A stretch of 64,000 bases of DNA from an uncultured Gemmataceae bacterium (lineage in GTDB: Bacteria; Planctomycetota; Planctomycetia; Gemmatales; Gemmataceae): contig CAVVPN010000003.1 of the NCBI GenBank assembly GCA_963750165.1, forward strand, positions 2,848,001 to 2,912,000, in the 5' to 3' direction. The stretch's first letter is position 1. Each line of letters opens with the position of its first letter. The notes beneath the pieces are model-generated. The model was not told where the DNA came from and searched no databases. It saw nothing but the letters and a program-made list of their open reading frames with translations. This document shows positions 50,400 to 59,048 of the stretch, piece after piece. Position numbers and translations under genes: made by a program.

Positions 50400-53336
50400 A
50401 TGCTCGATTTCACCGAACCCAAGCGCGCCGCCCTGGAAAAGCACCTCCGTCGCCACTTCGAGGGGGAGGTCCGCTTCGACGCCACCTCGCGTCGCCTCTA
50501 CAGCACCGATGCCAGCATTTACCAGATTGAACCGCTCGGCGTCGTGCTGCCGAGGACCGTCGCGGATTTGCAAACGGCGGTGCAGGTCGCCGCGGAACTG
50601 GGCGTGCCCGTCACGGCGCGCGGCGGCGGCACCAGCCTGTCCGGCCAGGCCATCGGCCCGGGGTTGGTGATCGATTGCAGCAAGTACCTCAACCGTGTGA
50701 TCGACATTGATGCCGTGGGCCGCACGGCGCGGGTGCAGCCCGGCCTGATCCTCGACCAGCTCAACCGCGCCCTGGCGCCGTTTCAGCTGCAGTTCGGTCC
50801 AGAGGTCGCGACCGCCAGCCGGGCCAACCTCGGCGGCATGATCGGCAACAACTCCGCCGGCAGTCGCTCCATCGTCTACGGCAAGACCAGCGATCACGTC
50901 CGCGGCCTGAACGTCTTTTTGGCGGACGGCAGCCGGGCGGAGTTCGCGGCGTTGAACGCTGTCGATTGGGCGAAGAAGGCGGCCGCGGTTGGGTCGGAGG
51001 GCGACATTTACCGCGGCGTGCAGCAGGCGGTGCTCGACAACGCTCCGGAGATCCGCCGCCGCTTCCCGCACATCCAGCGCCGCGTCAGCGGCTACAACCT
51101 CGACCTGATCGAGCACGGCCTGACACGCTGGCGCTGGGACGACCCGGCGGCGCGCGTCGGCCTGCACCAGCTCATCATTGGCAGCGAGGGCACGCTGGCG
51201 GTGGTCGCCGACGCGGAGGTTGAACTGGTGCCGCGACCGCTGCATCGCGGGCTGCTGGTGCCGCACTTTGCATCGCTGGCCGCCGCGATGGAGGCGCTGT
51301 CCGCGTGCCTGGAATTTGCGCCGTCCGCGGTCGAACTGCTGGACCAGTTGCTGCTCGACCTGGCTCGCGGCAACCTGTCGCTGAAGGACACGATGGCGGC
51401 GGTCCACGGCCGGCCGGCGGCGCTGTTCATGGTCGAATTCCAGGGCGACGACCAGGCCGAGGTTGCCGATCGCGTGGAAAAATTGCAGAAGCGCTTGCAG
51501 GGCGTGCGCGGCCTGACCGCGGTGGTGCCGGCGCTGGATGCGGAGCTGCGCAACCCCTTGTGGAGCCTGCGCAGCGCCGCGGTGCCGCTGCTGCTGGGCC
51601 TGCACGGCGACCGCAAGCCGGTCGCGTTCATCGAGGACACCGCGGTGGCGCCGGCCCGCCTGCCGGAGTTCGTCGCCCGCTTCCAGGAGGTGCTGAAAAA
51701 GCACGGCACCCACGGTTCGTTCTACGGCCACGCCAGCGTCGGCTGTCTGCACATCCGGCCGGTGCTGAACCTCAAGGACCCGAACGACGTCCACCGCATG
51801 CGCCGCATCACCGAGGATATTACCGATCTTGTACTGGAGTTCGGCGGCGCCCTGAGCGGCGAGCACGGCGACGGCCTGGCGCGGAGCGAGTGGAACCGCA
51901 AGATGTTCGGCGACGCGGTGTACCAGGCGTTTCGGCAGGTGAAGCAGGTGTTCGACCCGCGCAACCAGCTGAACCCGGGCCGGGTGGTGGACGCGCCGCC
52001 GATGACGGAGCAGTTGCGCTACGGCCCCGGCTACGCGCCCACGGAGCCGGCGACGCTGTTCGACTACGGCAAGCAAGAGGGGTTTGTCCGCGCGGTCGAG
52101 TTGTGCAACGGCTCGGGCGTGTGCCGCAAGCTCCAGGGCGGTACGATGTGCCCGTCGTTCCGGGCGACGCGCGACGAGAAGGACTCGACGCGCGGCCGGG
52201 CCAACGCGCTGCGGCTGGCGCTGGCCGGCGAGCGGCCGCTGCGGGCGCTGCGGAGCCAGTGGGTGTATGACGTACTCGACCTGTGCCTGATGTGCAAGGC
52301 GTGCAAGTCGGAGTGCCCGAGCAATGTGGACGTGGCCAAGCTCAAGTCAGAGTTCCTGCACTTCTACTACCGCGGCCGGCTGCGGCCGCCGGGCCAGTGG
52401 CTGATGGCGTACATTTACCGCGTCAACCAGCTGGGAGCGCTGGCGGCGCCAGTGGTGAACTGGCTGCAACAGAACGCGGTGGTACGGCTGCTGCTCGAAA
52501 AGTTTGGCGGCATCGACCGCCGCCGCAGCATGCCGGTGCTGCACGCCGACCACTTCCGCCGCTGGTTCGCCTACCGTGGGACGGCTCTCCAGAGCCGTCT
52601 CGCTACCAATCACGTGCTGCTGCTGGACGACTGCTTCACGACGTACAACGAACCGGACATCGGCCGGGCGGCGGTGCGCGTGCTGGAGGCGGGCGGTTGC
52701 AGTGTCGAGTTGGCGGGACTGGTCTGCTGCGGTCGGCCGATGATTAGCAAGGGATTCTTGACGCAGGCGCGCGAGCTGGTGCAGCAGCAGGCGCCGCGCC
52801 TGGCCGCGCACGTCGCCGACGGCACCCCCCTACTGGGCCTGGAGCCGAGTTGCCTCTTGACGCTCAAGGACGAGTGGCCGGAGCTGGTGCCTGGCGAGGA
52901 GACGCAGACCATCGCTGCCGCCGCTGATTTGGCCGACCACTGGCTGGCGCGGCAGGCGAAGGCGGGCAAGGTGACGCTGCCGCTGCGGGCGCAGCCGGAC
53001 AGGCAGAAAAAATGTTTACTGCACGGCCACTGTCATCAGAAGGCGCTGCTGGGCGTCGGCGGCAGCGCGGCGGCGCTACGATTGGTGCCGGGGCTGGACG
53101 TGCGCGTGCTGGACAGCGGCTGCTGCGGCATGGCGGGCTCGTTCGGCTTCGAGAAGGAGCATTACGACGTGAGCGTGGCGGTGGCGAACCTGGAACTGCT
53201 GCCGGCGCTGGCCGCGGCACCCGACACGCGCGTGGTGGCGCCGGGGACTTCGTGCCGGCACCAGATCAAGGACCTCGACGGCCGCCGGGCGTGGCACCCG
53301 TTGGAGGTGCTGGCGGAGGTGCTGCCGCCCACGTGA
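50400..53336 (+). CDS. FAD-linked oxidase with Fe-S domains (GlcD-GlcF-like fusion)
   Basis: ARGGGTSLSGQ; GSEGTL; SGEHGDG; CLMCKACKSECP; CCGMAG. Confidence 0.92.
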   Translation: MLDFTEPKRAALEKHLRRHFEGEVRFDATSRRLYSTDASIYQIEPLGVVLPRTVADLQTAVQVAAELGVPVTARGGGTSLSGQAIGPGLVIDCSKYLNRVIDIDAVGRTARVQPGLILDQLNRALAPFQLQFGPEVATASRANLGGMIGNNSAGSRSIVYGKTSDHVRGLNVFLADGSRAEFAALNAVDWAKKAAAVGSEGDIYRGVQQAVLDNAPEIRRRFPHIQRRVSGYNLDLIEHGLTRWRWDDPAARVGLHQLIIGSEGTLAVVADAEVELVPRPLHRGLLVPHFASLAAAMEALSACLEFAPSAVELLDQLLLDLARGNLSLKDTMAAVHGRPAALFMVEFQGDDQAEVADRVEKLQKRLQGVRGLTAVVPALDAELRNPLWSLRSAAVPLLLGLHGDRKPVAFIEDTAVAPARLPEFVARFQEVLKKHGTHGSFYGHASVGCLHIRPVLNLKDPNDVHRMRRITEDITDLVLEFGGALSGEHGDGLARSEWNRKMFGDAVYQAFRQVKQVFDPRNQLNPGRVVDAPPMTEQLRYGPGYAPTEPATLFDYGKQEGFVRAVELCNGSGVCRKLQGGTMCPSFRATRDEKDSTRGRANALRLALAGERPLRALRSQWVYDVLDLCLMCKACKSECPSNVDVAKLKSEFLHFYYRGRLRPPGQWLMAYIYRVNQLGALAAPVVNWLQQNAVVRLLLEKFGGIDRRRSMPVLHADHFRRWFAYRGTALQSRLATNHVLLLDDCFTTYNEPDIGRAAVRVLEAGGCSVELAGLVCCGRPMISKGFLTQARELVQQQAPRLAAHVADGTPLLGLEPSCLLTLKDEWPELVPGEETQTIAAAADLADHWLARQAKAGKVTLPLRAQPDRQKKCLLHGHCHQKALLGVGGSAAALRLVPGLDVRVLDSGCCGMAGSFGFEKEHYDVSVAVANLELLPALAAAPDTRVVAPGTSCRHQIKDLDGRRAWHPLEVLAEVLPPT

Positions 53337-53590
53337 AGCCTGAAGCTTGGTAGGAGGGAGGGACCATCCCGCCGCAAGACGACTCCCTGGTGAATGTCGT
53401 CGCACAAGTTACAATTACCTCATCGAACTCAAGCAGCGCTCGCGTGGACCGAACCGTGAGGTATCCTTTCCGCTCAGTTTTTTCGCAGACGGGCGCAGTC
53501 TTGAGCAAATGTATACCGCATATTTATTTTCCAATAAGTACATCGGAAAAGTGGTTGTCGGTGCTACTTCGCAGGGATAGGATCAACAAC

Positions 53591-53714
53591 TAGCGCGGAT
53601 TGCAGGTGCGTGTAGCGGGTAGTAGGTCCGGCGAGCCGAGCCGGACCCGCAGCGGGTGCCGCTCGGCTCGCGGCACCTACCCCAGACCGCTACACCCAAC
53701 CGCAATCCGCTTTA
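53591..53714. repeat. nested inverted-repeat element (MITE/REP-like)
   Basis: GCGGATTGC/GCAATCCGC and GTGTAGCGG/CCGCTACAC outer stems around an inner GTAGGT...ACCTAC hairpin pair. Confidence 0.7.
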
Positions 53715-53772
53715 GTTTTCTTGCAATCGTGCGAGATCCAGATTATTCGGAAAACACTTCAGCGAGCTACCC

Positions 53773-54591
53773 GTGACCGCACCACTGGCGAACTGCACCG
53801 CCGCCCTGGCCGAGGGCCGGCAACTGGAAGAACTCGCCGAGTTGCTGGCCCGCGAAGGCGCCACGGTCGTCCGCTGTCCGCTGCTGAGCATCCACGACAG
53901 CCCCGACACCGACACCGTGGTCGCCTGGCTGCGCGACCTGGCCGCCGACCGTTTCGCCTGGGCCGTATGGCTGACCGGCGAGGGCGTGCGACGGCTGCTG
54001 GGCTTCGCGGAGCGCGCCGCCCTGCGCGACGCGGTGCTGGCCGCGCTGGGCCGCGTCCGCTCCGTGACGCGCGGCCCCAAACCGGTGCGGGCGCTCAAGG
54101 AACTCGGCCTGACTCCGACCCTCGTCGCCGCGGCCCCGACCACCGAGGGCGTCATCGCCGCGCTGCGGAGCGAGCCGCTGCACGGCTTGCACGTCGGCGT
54201 ACAACTCTACAGCCCGGACAACCCGCCGCTGCTACAGTTCCTGCGCGACGCCGGCGCGACGCCGCATCCGGTGCTCCCCTACGTCTACGCCCCGGCTGCC
54301 GACGCCGACCGAGTCGGCGACCTGATCGTGCGCCTGGCCGACGGCGGCATCAACCTGCTCGTGTTCACCAGTTCGCCGCAGGTTGATCGACTGCTGGAGG
54401 TGGCGAAGGAACGCTGCCTGGAAGAGCACCTGCGGCAGGGGTTGGAGCGCGTCCGGGTGGCGTCCATTGGGCCGGTGCTGACGGAGCACTTGCGGCAGCT
54501 GGGCGTGCGCGTGGACGTGTGCCCCGAAACGGGCTTCGTGATGAAAAACCTGGTGCAACATATCAAACGACATTGGGAGGAGAGTCATTAG
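53773..54591 (+). CDS. hemD: uroporphyrinogen-III synthase
   Basis: WLTGEGV; RGPKP; PYVYAP; FTSSPQV; SIGPV. Confidence 0.8.
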   Translation: MTAPLANCTAALAEGRQLEELAELLAREGATVVRCPLLSIHDSPDTDTVVAWLRDLAADRFAWAVWLTGEGVRRLLGFAERAALRDAVLAALGRVRSVTRGPKPVRALKELGLTPTLVAAAPTTEGVIAALRSEPLHGLHVGVQLYSPDNPPLLQFLRDAGATPHPVLPYVYAPAADADRVGDLIVRLADGGINLLVFTSSPQVDRLLEVAKERCLEEHLRQGLERVRVASIGPVLTEHLRQLGVRVDVCPETGFVMKNLVQHIKRHWEESH

Positions 54592-54695
54592 TCAATAGTC
54601 ATTAGTCATTAGTTATCCGGGTCGCAGTCTCAAACAAAACTTTCACCCGCGACAGGGATCCGGATAACTAATGACTAATGACTATTGACTGATGA
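54587..54695. repeat. inverted heptamer tandem repeats
   Basis: (CATTAGT)n ... (ACTAATG)n. Confidence 0.8.
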
Positions 54696-54704
54696 CCAAT
54701 CAAA

Positions 54705-56147
54705 GTGATTGGTTCGCAGAGCCGCTGTGACTTCGGCCTGGCCCGCTGCGACGTGACGCCGCCGGTTGGCATCTATCATCGCATGTGGGGCGCCGCCACG
54801 CACGACCGCTCCACCGGTGTCCACCGACCCTTGACCGCCACCGCGCTGGTCTTCCGGCCGCTGGCAGGCACGGATGAAATGGTTGTGGTGGCCCTCGATC
54901 ACTGCCTGCTGTCGGCGCGCGAGATGGATGCGCTGCTCACGGCAGTGTGCGGCCGAACGGGACTGGCGACGGAGCGGCTGGTGGTGGCGTTCTCGCACAC
55001 GCACGGCGCCGGCCTGATGGGCCTGGAGCGTGCCGGCCTGCCCGGCGGCGACCTGATCGCGCCGTACCTCGACGACCTCGGCGTCAAGATGGCGGAGGCG
55101 GTCACCGCGGCGCGGCGGGCGGTGCAGCCGGTGACCATCACCTACGGCACCGGCCGCTGCGCCCTGGCGGCCCACCGCGATTTCTGCGACCCCATCACCG
55201 GACAGTTCGTATGCGGCTACAACCCGAACGGCCCGGCCGACGACGCCGTGCTGGTGGCGCGCGTGACCGGGGCCGACAGCCGGCCAGTGGCGGTGGTGGT
55301 CAACTACGCCTGCCACCCGACGACGCTGGCGTGGCAGAACACACTCATCAGCCCGGACTATCCCGGGGCGTTGCGCGAACTGGTGGAACGGGAGACGGGC
55401 GCAACGTGCGTGTTCCTGCAGGGGGCATCCGGCGACCTGGGGCCGCGCGAGGGTTACGTCGGCGACCCGGCGGTGGCGGATCGCAACGGCCGGCAGCTGG
55501 GCCATGCGGTGCTGGCGACGCTGGAAGGCTTGCCGCCGCCGGGCACGCGCTTCGAGTATCTCGGCCCGGTGGTGTCCGGGGCGATGCTCGGCACCTGGGG
55601 CCATGTGCCGCTGGACGCGGCGACGCTGCAACAGCAGGCGGTGTGGCGGTGGCGGCGCTGGGACGTGGAATTGCCCTACCGGCCGGACCTGCCAACGGCG
55701 GCGGCGACGCGGGCGGAGCGGGCGTCGTGGGAGGAGCGGGAGCACGAGGCGCTGCGGCTGGGCGACGCGGCGCAGGCGCGGCAGTGCCGGGCGCTGGCGG
55801 AACGGATGACGCGGCAGCTGACGCGCCTGGAGGGGCTGCCGCCGGGCGAGCATTTTCCGCTGCCGGTGGTGCTGTGGCAACTGGGCGACGCGCTGTGGTG
55901 CGCGGTGGAGGGCGAGCACTATCAGACGCTGCAGCGCGAACTGCGGCGGCGCTTCCCACAGACGCCGATCCTTGTGATGACGGTTGCGAACGGCTGGCGG
56001 CCGGCGTACCTGGTGGACGCGACGGCGTACGGCAAGGGCATCTATCAGGAGACGGTCGCGGTGCTGGCGGCGGGCTGTCTGGAGCGATTGATCGAGGCGG
56101 TGGCGGCACAAGGGCAGGCGTGGTTGGCGGCCGGGGACAGAGGTTGA
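54705..56147 (+). CDS. neutral/alkaline ceramidase N-terminal-like hydrolase
   Basis: DVTPPVG; SHTHG; NYACHP; FLQGASGD. Confidence 0.7.
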   Translation: MIGSQSRCDFGLARCDVTPPVGIYHRMWGAATHDRSTGVHRPLTATALVFRPLAGTDEMVVVALDHCLLSAREMDALLTAVCGRTGLATERLVVAFSHTHGAGLMGLERAGLPGGDLIAPYLDDLGVKMAEAVTAARRAVQPVTITYGTGRCALAAHRDFCDPITGQFVCGYNPNGPADDAVLVARVTGADSRPVAVVVNYACHPTTLAWQNTLISPDYPGALRELVERETGATCVFLQGASGDLGPREGYVGDPAVADRNGRQLGHAVLATLEGLPPPGTRFEYLGPVVSGAMLGTWGHVPLDAATLQQQAVWRWRRWDVELPYRPDLPTAAATRAERASWEEREHEALRLGDAAQARQCRALAERMTRQLTRLEGLPPGEHFPLPVVLWQLGDALWCAVEGEHYQTLQRELRRRFPQTPILVMTVANGWRPAYLVDATAYGKGIYQETVAVLAAGCLERLIEAVAAQGQAWLAAGDRG

Positions 56148-56171
56148 CGCGGACTGCTGGTGGGGTAAAGT
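56144..56171 (+). promoter_or_regulatory. putative tRNA promoter
   Basis: TTGACG, 16-nt spacer, TAAAGT, ending 9 nt before the tRNA. Confidence 0.45.
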
Positions 56172-56180
56172 AATCCATGA

Positions 56181-56263
56181 GCCGAAGTGGCGGAATGGCA
56201 GACGCGCCGGACTCAAAATCCGGTTCACGCAAGTGAGTGTGGGTTCGAGTCCCACCTTCGGCA
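56181..56263 (+). tRNA. tRNA-Leu(CAA), CCA not encoded
   Basis: GCCGAAG/CTTCGGC acceptor stem; CCGGA-CTCAAAA-TCCGG anticodon arm; long variable arm; GTTCGAGTC T-loop. Confidence 0.95.
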
Positions 56264-56377
56264 GTAACGAGTTACGGCAACTGAGCTGGCAAAGAGAAAA
56301 CCGCATTGGTAAGATTCTGGTAAGAATGCGGACGTCACACTGGGCTGACGCTTCGCTCTTACCAGGGGCTTACCAAC

Positions 56378-57724
56378 ATGGCATCCTTGCAACTTCGCGG
56401 CGACAGCTGGCGCGTTCTTTTCAATTACAACGGCAAGCAGCACTCTTTCCCCATCGGCCCCGTCGATTCCGTCGAGGCCGCTTCGTGGAAGGGCAAGGTT
56501 GAACACCTTCTGATGCGGCTCAAGCAGCACCTGCTCGACCTGCCGGTCGGGTGCGACATCGTGACTTTCCTTCAGCACGACGGCAAACCACCGACCGCCC
56601 CGGCGGTCCCGGCCAAGAAGCCGATCACCCTCGGCGAGCTGAGCGACGAATATTTGCAACTGCACGCCAAACTGCTCGACCCCCGCACCGTCGCCGACAT
56701 GCGCGGCCACTGGAAACACCTGGGGCGCCTGCTGCGGCTCACCACCGAGGCCGAGGCGCTGGCGCTGCCCAACCTCCAGAAATACGTCATGGACCGTGTG
56801 GCCGAGGGCGTCGAGCCGGCGACGGCCAAGAAGGAAATCATCACGCTTCGCACCTGCTGGAATTGGGGCGTGCGGATGGGCCTGCTCGCGGGCGCATTCC
56901 CCAACCGGGGCCTGCACTTCCCCAAGGGCACCGAGAAGCCACCGTTCATGACGTTCGCGGAAATCGAGCGCCGTGTTGCCGCCGGCGAACCGGAGTCGCT
57001 ATGGGAGGGCGTGTTCCTGACCCGCGAAGAAATCCAGGAGGTGCTTGACGTGGTGCGGGCCAGAGGCTGCTATCCCTGGATTCACCCGCTCTTCTGCATG
57101 GCCGCGCATACCGGGGCCAGGCGATCTGAGTTGACCGCTGCCCTGGTGACAGACGTGAACCTGCAGGACAAGACGGTGCTGATCCGCGAGAAGAAGCGCC
57201 GTCGCGATGTCCACGAATCCACCCGACGCGTGCCGCTCTCGCCTGCGCTTGCGCTGGTGCTGAAGGACTGGCTGGCAGCGCACCCTGGCGGTGCGCACCT
57301 GTTTTGTCATTCCGGTGAAATCGCCCGCAGCAAGAAGCGCAGCGCGACGACGGGGCACAAGGGCGAACAGGCGAGGGCATCAACACTGGTCGGCCGGACC
57401 AAGGGGGTAAAAAAGCGCGACACGCCGCCGCCCTCGCAGTTAAGCCGCACCGAGGCCAGCGACCATTTTCGACGGACGCTTGCCGGAACGAAGTGGCAGG
57501 TGCTGCCAGGCTACCACTGCTTGCGACACAGCTTCATCTCCAACTGTGCGGCAATGGGCATCGACCAGCGCCTCATCGACTCTTGGGTCGGCCACACCAC
57601 CGAGGAAATGAGGCGGCGGTATCGACACCTGATCCCGTCCGTCGAGCAGCAGGCTATCCGAGTGGTCTTTGGAGAGGCAGCAACCCCTCGCGGCGATAAC
57701 GCTGTAGCTCCTGATGGGAAATAA
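56378..57724 (+). CDS. tyrosine recombinase / integrase
   Basis: Catalytic set: TGARRSE (R), REKK (K), YHCLRH (HxxR), VGHT (H), RRYRH (Y). Confidence 0.93.
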   Translation: MASLQLRGDSWRVLFNYNGKQHSFPIGPVDSVEAASWKGKVEHLLMRLKQHLLDLPVGCDIVTFLQHDGKPPTAPAVPAKKPITLGELSDEYLQLHAKLLDPRTVADMRGHWKHLGRLLRLTTEAEALALPNLQKYVMDRVAEGVEPATAKKEIITLRTCWNWGVRMGLLAGAFPNRGLHFPKGTEKPPFMTFAEIERRVAAGEPESLWEGVFLTREEIQEVLDVVRARGCYPWIHPLFCMAAHTGARRSELTAALVTDVNLQDKTVLIREKKRRRDVHESTRRVPLSPALALVLKDWLAAHPGGAHLFCHSGEIARSKKRSATTGHKGEQARASTLVGRTKGVKKRDTPPPSQLSRTEASDHFRRTLAGTKWQVLPGYHCLRHSFISNCAAMGIDQRLIDSWVGHTTEEMRRRYRHLIPSVEQQAIRVVFGEAATPRGDNAVAPDGK

Positions 57725-57962
57725 CCCAGGCAGGGAATGCGCCTCGGCCCGACATCCGCTTTTCGGCGCGGATGCGGCCGAGGCGGCAGTGTTCCCTGAT
57801 CGTAAATTCCGCCTTGCCGACGAGGCGGGCGAACTCATCGGTGGCATACCATTCCTTGGCCGTCTCCCGCTCTATCAGGCGTGCCAGCATCTCCTCAATG
57901 CGCCCCAGGCTTTCCTCCATCGCTTCAATGCGCCCCATGCTTTCCTCAACGCTAACGCTCAT
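57654..57962 (-). CDS. excisionase-like helix-turn-helix protein
   Basis: WYATDEFARLVGKAEFTIREHCRLGRIRAEK...WVISHQEL; GAGG RBS; convergent with and overlapping the integrase. Confidence 0.8.
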   Translation of the reverse strand: MSVSVEESMGRIEAMEESLGRIEEMLARLIERETAKEWYATDEFARLVGKAEFTIREHCRLGRIRAEKRMSGRGAFPAWVISHQELQRYRREGLLPLQRPLG

Positions 57963-58327
57963 GGCTAAACCCTCTCTGCTTGACTGGCGCTTTCCGTTCG
58001 TGCTTGTTGCTTGACACAAATAAGCTAAGCCTGGAAAACCCTGCCAGAAAAGCCGAGTCTGCGTTCACCGGGAAATTTCCCCCGCCCCGGCGCCGGCACG
58101 TCTCCACAACGTCAACGAATCTGCAACTCGGGGCAGAACAACAATCCGGGGCAGCTCGACAGGGCCGTGACCACCCGAGCGGTACGGTGAAAATTCCCGC
58201 GAATGGCAGGGCTTGCAATTCAAGCGGCCTGGCGACCCTTGGTAAACTCTGGCAGCGCCAGTGTCGGCCCAGGACTGGGCGGGGCCGCAACGTTCATCCC
58301 CACCGCCGAGCCAGCACATCCGAACGT

Positions 58328-58420
58328 TCCAGCGTAGGCAACGTCGTGCTGTTGTGTAGCAGTCAGCGGCCCGAACCAGCGCAGCAACATGCTCGACACC
58401 ACGACGTTGCCTACGCTGGA
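58328..58420. repeat. perfect 21-bp inverted repeat
   Basis: TCCAGCGTAGGCAACGTCGTG (58328-58348) / CACGACGTTGCCTACGCTGGA (58400-58420). Confidence 0.9.
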
Positions 58421-58496
58421 GTTGTCAACTGTGCGGCTTGTGCGGCGCCTGACGGCTTGGCGGCGCTCGGGCCGATGGCAACCAGCTGTCAGCGAC

Positions 58497-58733
58497 CCTG
58501 CATGACACGCATGACACGCATGACACGCATGACACAGATGACGCATGACGCATGACACTTCAGACACTCGATGCTTGTCCCTTTGTGTCCCTTTGTCCCT
58601 TTCGGCTTTAAGTCCTGGACATCAACCACTTGGACGCCAAAGGGACAAAGGGACATGGGCGAGTGTCTGAAGTGTCATGCGTCATGCGTCATCTGTGTCA
58701 TGCGTGTCATGCGTGTCATGCGTGTCATGCAGG
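58497..58733. repeat. perfect 74-bp inverted repeat made of CATGAC(AC) units, with an inner TGTCCCTTT/AAAGGGACA repeat set
   Basis: 58497-58570 is the exact reverse complement of 58660-58733. Confidence 0.95.
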
Positions 58734-58973
58734 ATTAAGCTGAACCTCGCCTACGTCCTCAACACGCACCGCCGGCAGCTGACCGACCAGGACCGCGAGC
58801 GCATCGAGCAGGTCCGCCGCGACCTGGCCCGCGCCCAGGCGTCCGAGCCGCCGCCCCGGGAGCAAGACCCCGAGGGCTACCCGGAATTGCTGGCGGCCTG
58901 GAACGCCGCCAGCATCAACGCCCGTGAGAAGTTCATGGCCGACCGGCTCGCGACCCCACCGGCCGGCTGCTAG
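58734..58973 (+). pseudogene. 5'-truncated fragment of a phage/MGE ParB-like gene
   Basis: Coding-like stretch LNLAYVLNTHRRQLT...LLAAWNAAS starts abruptly at the IR arm with no convincing start or RBS. Confidence 0.45.
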
Positions 58974-59048
58974 CACGCCAGCGTGCGCAGGCGGCCCGCC
59001 AGGTCGTGCGGCGGGTTCAAGGCGGACTGCAGTGGGTGTAAGTCCGGA

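Noticed and set aside
58220..58733. ORFs with CHACHACHA / MTRMTRMT / SCVSCVSC repeats as metal-binding proteins
   Set aside because: These are translations of the 9-bp DNA iterons, and the perfect inverted symmetry points to DNA- or RNA-level function.
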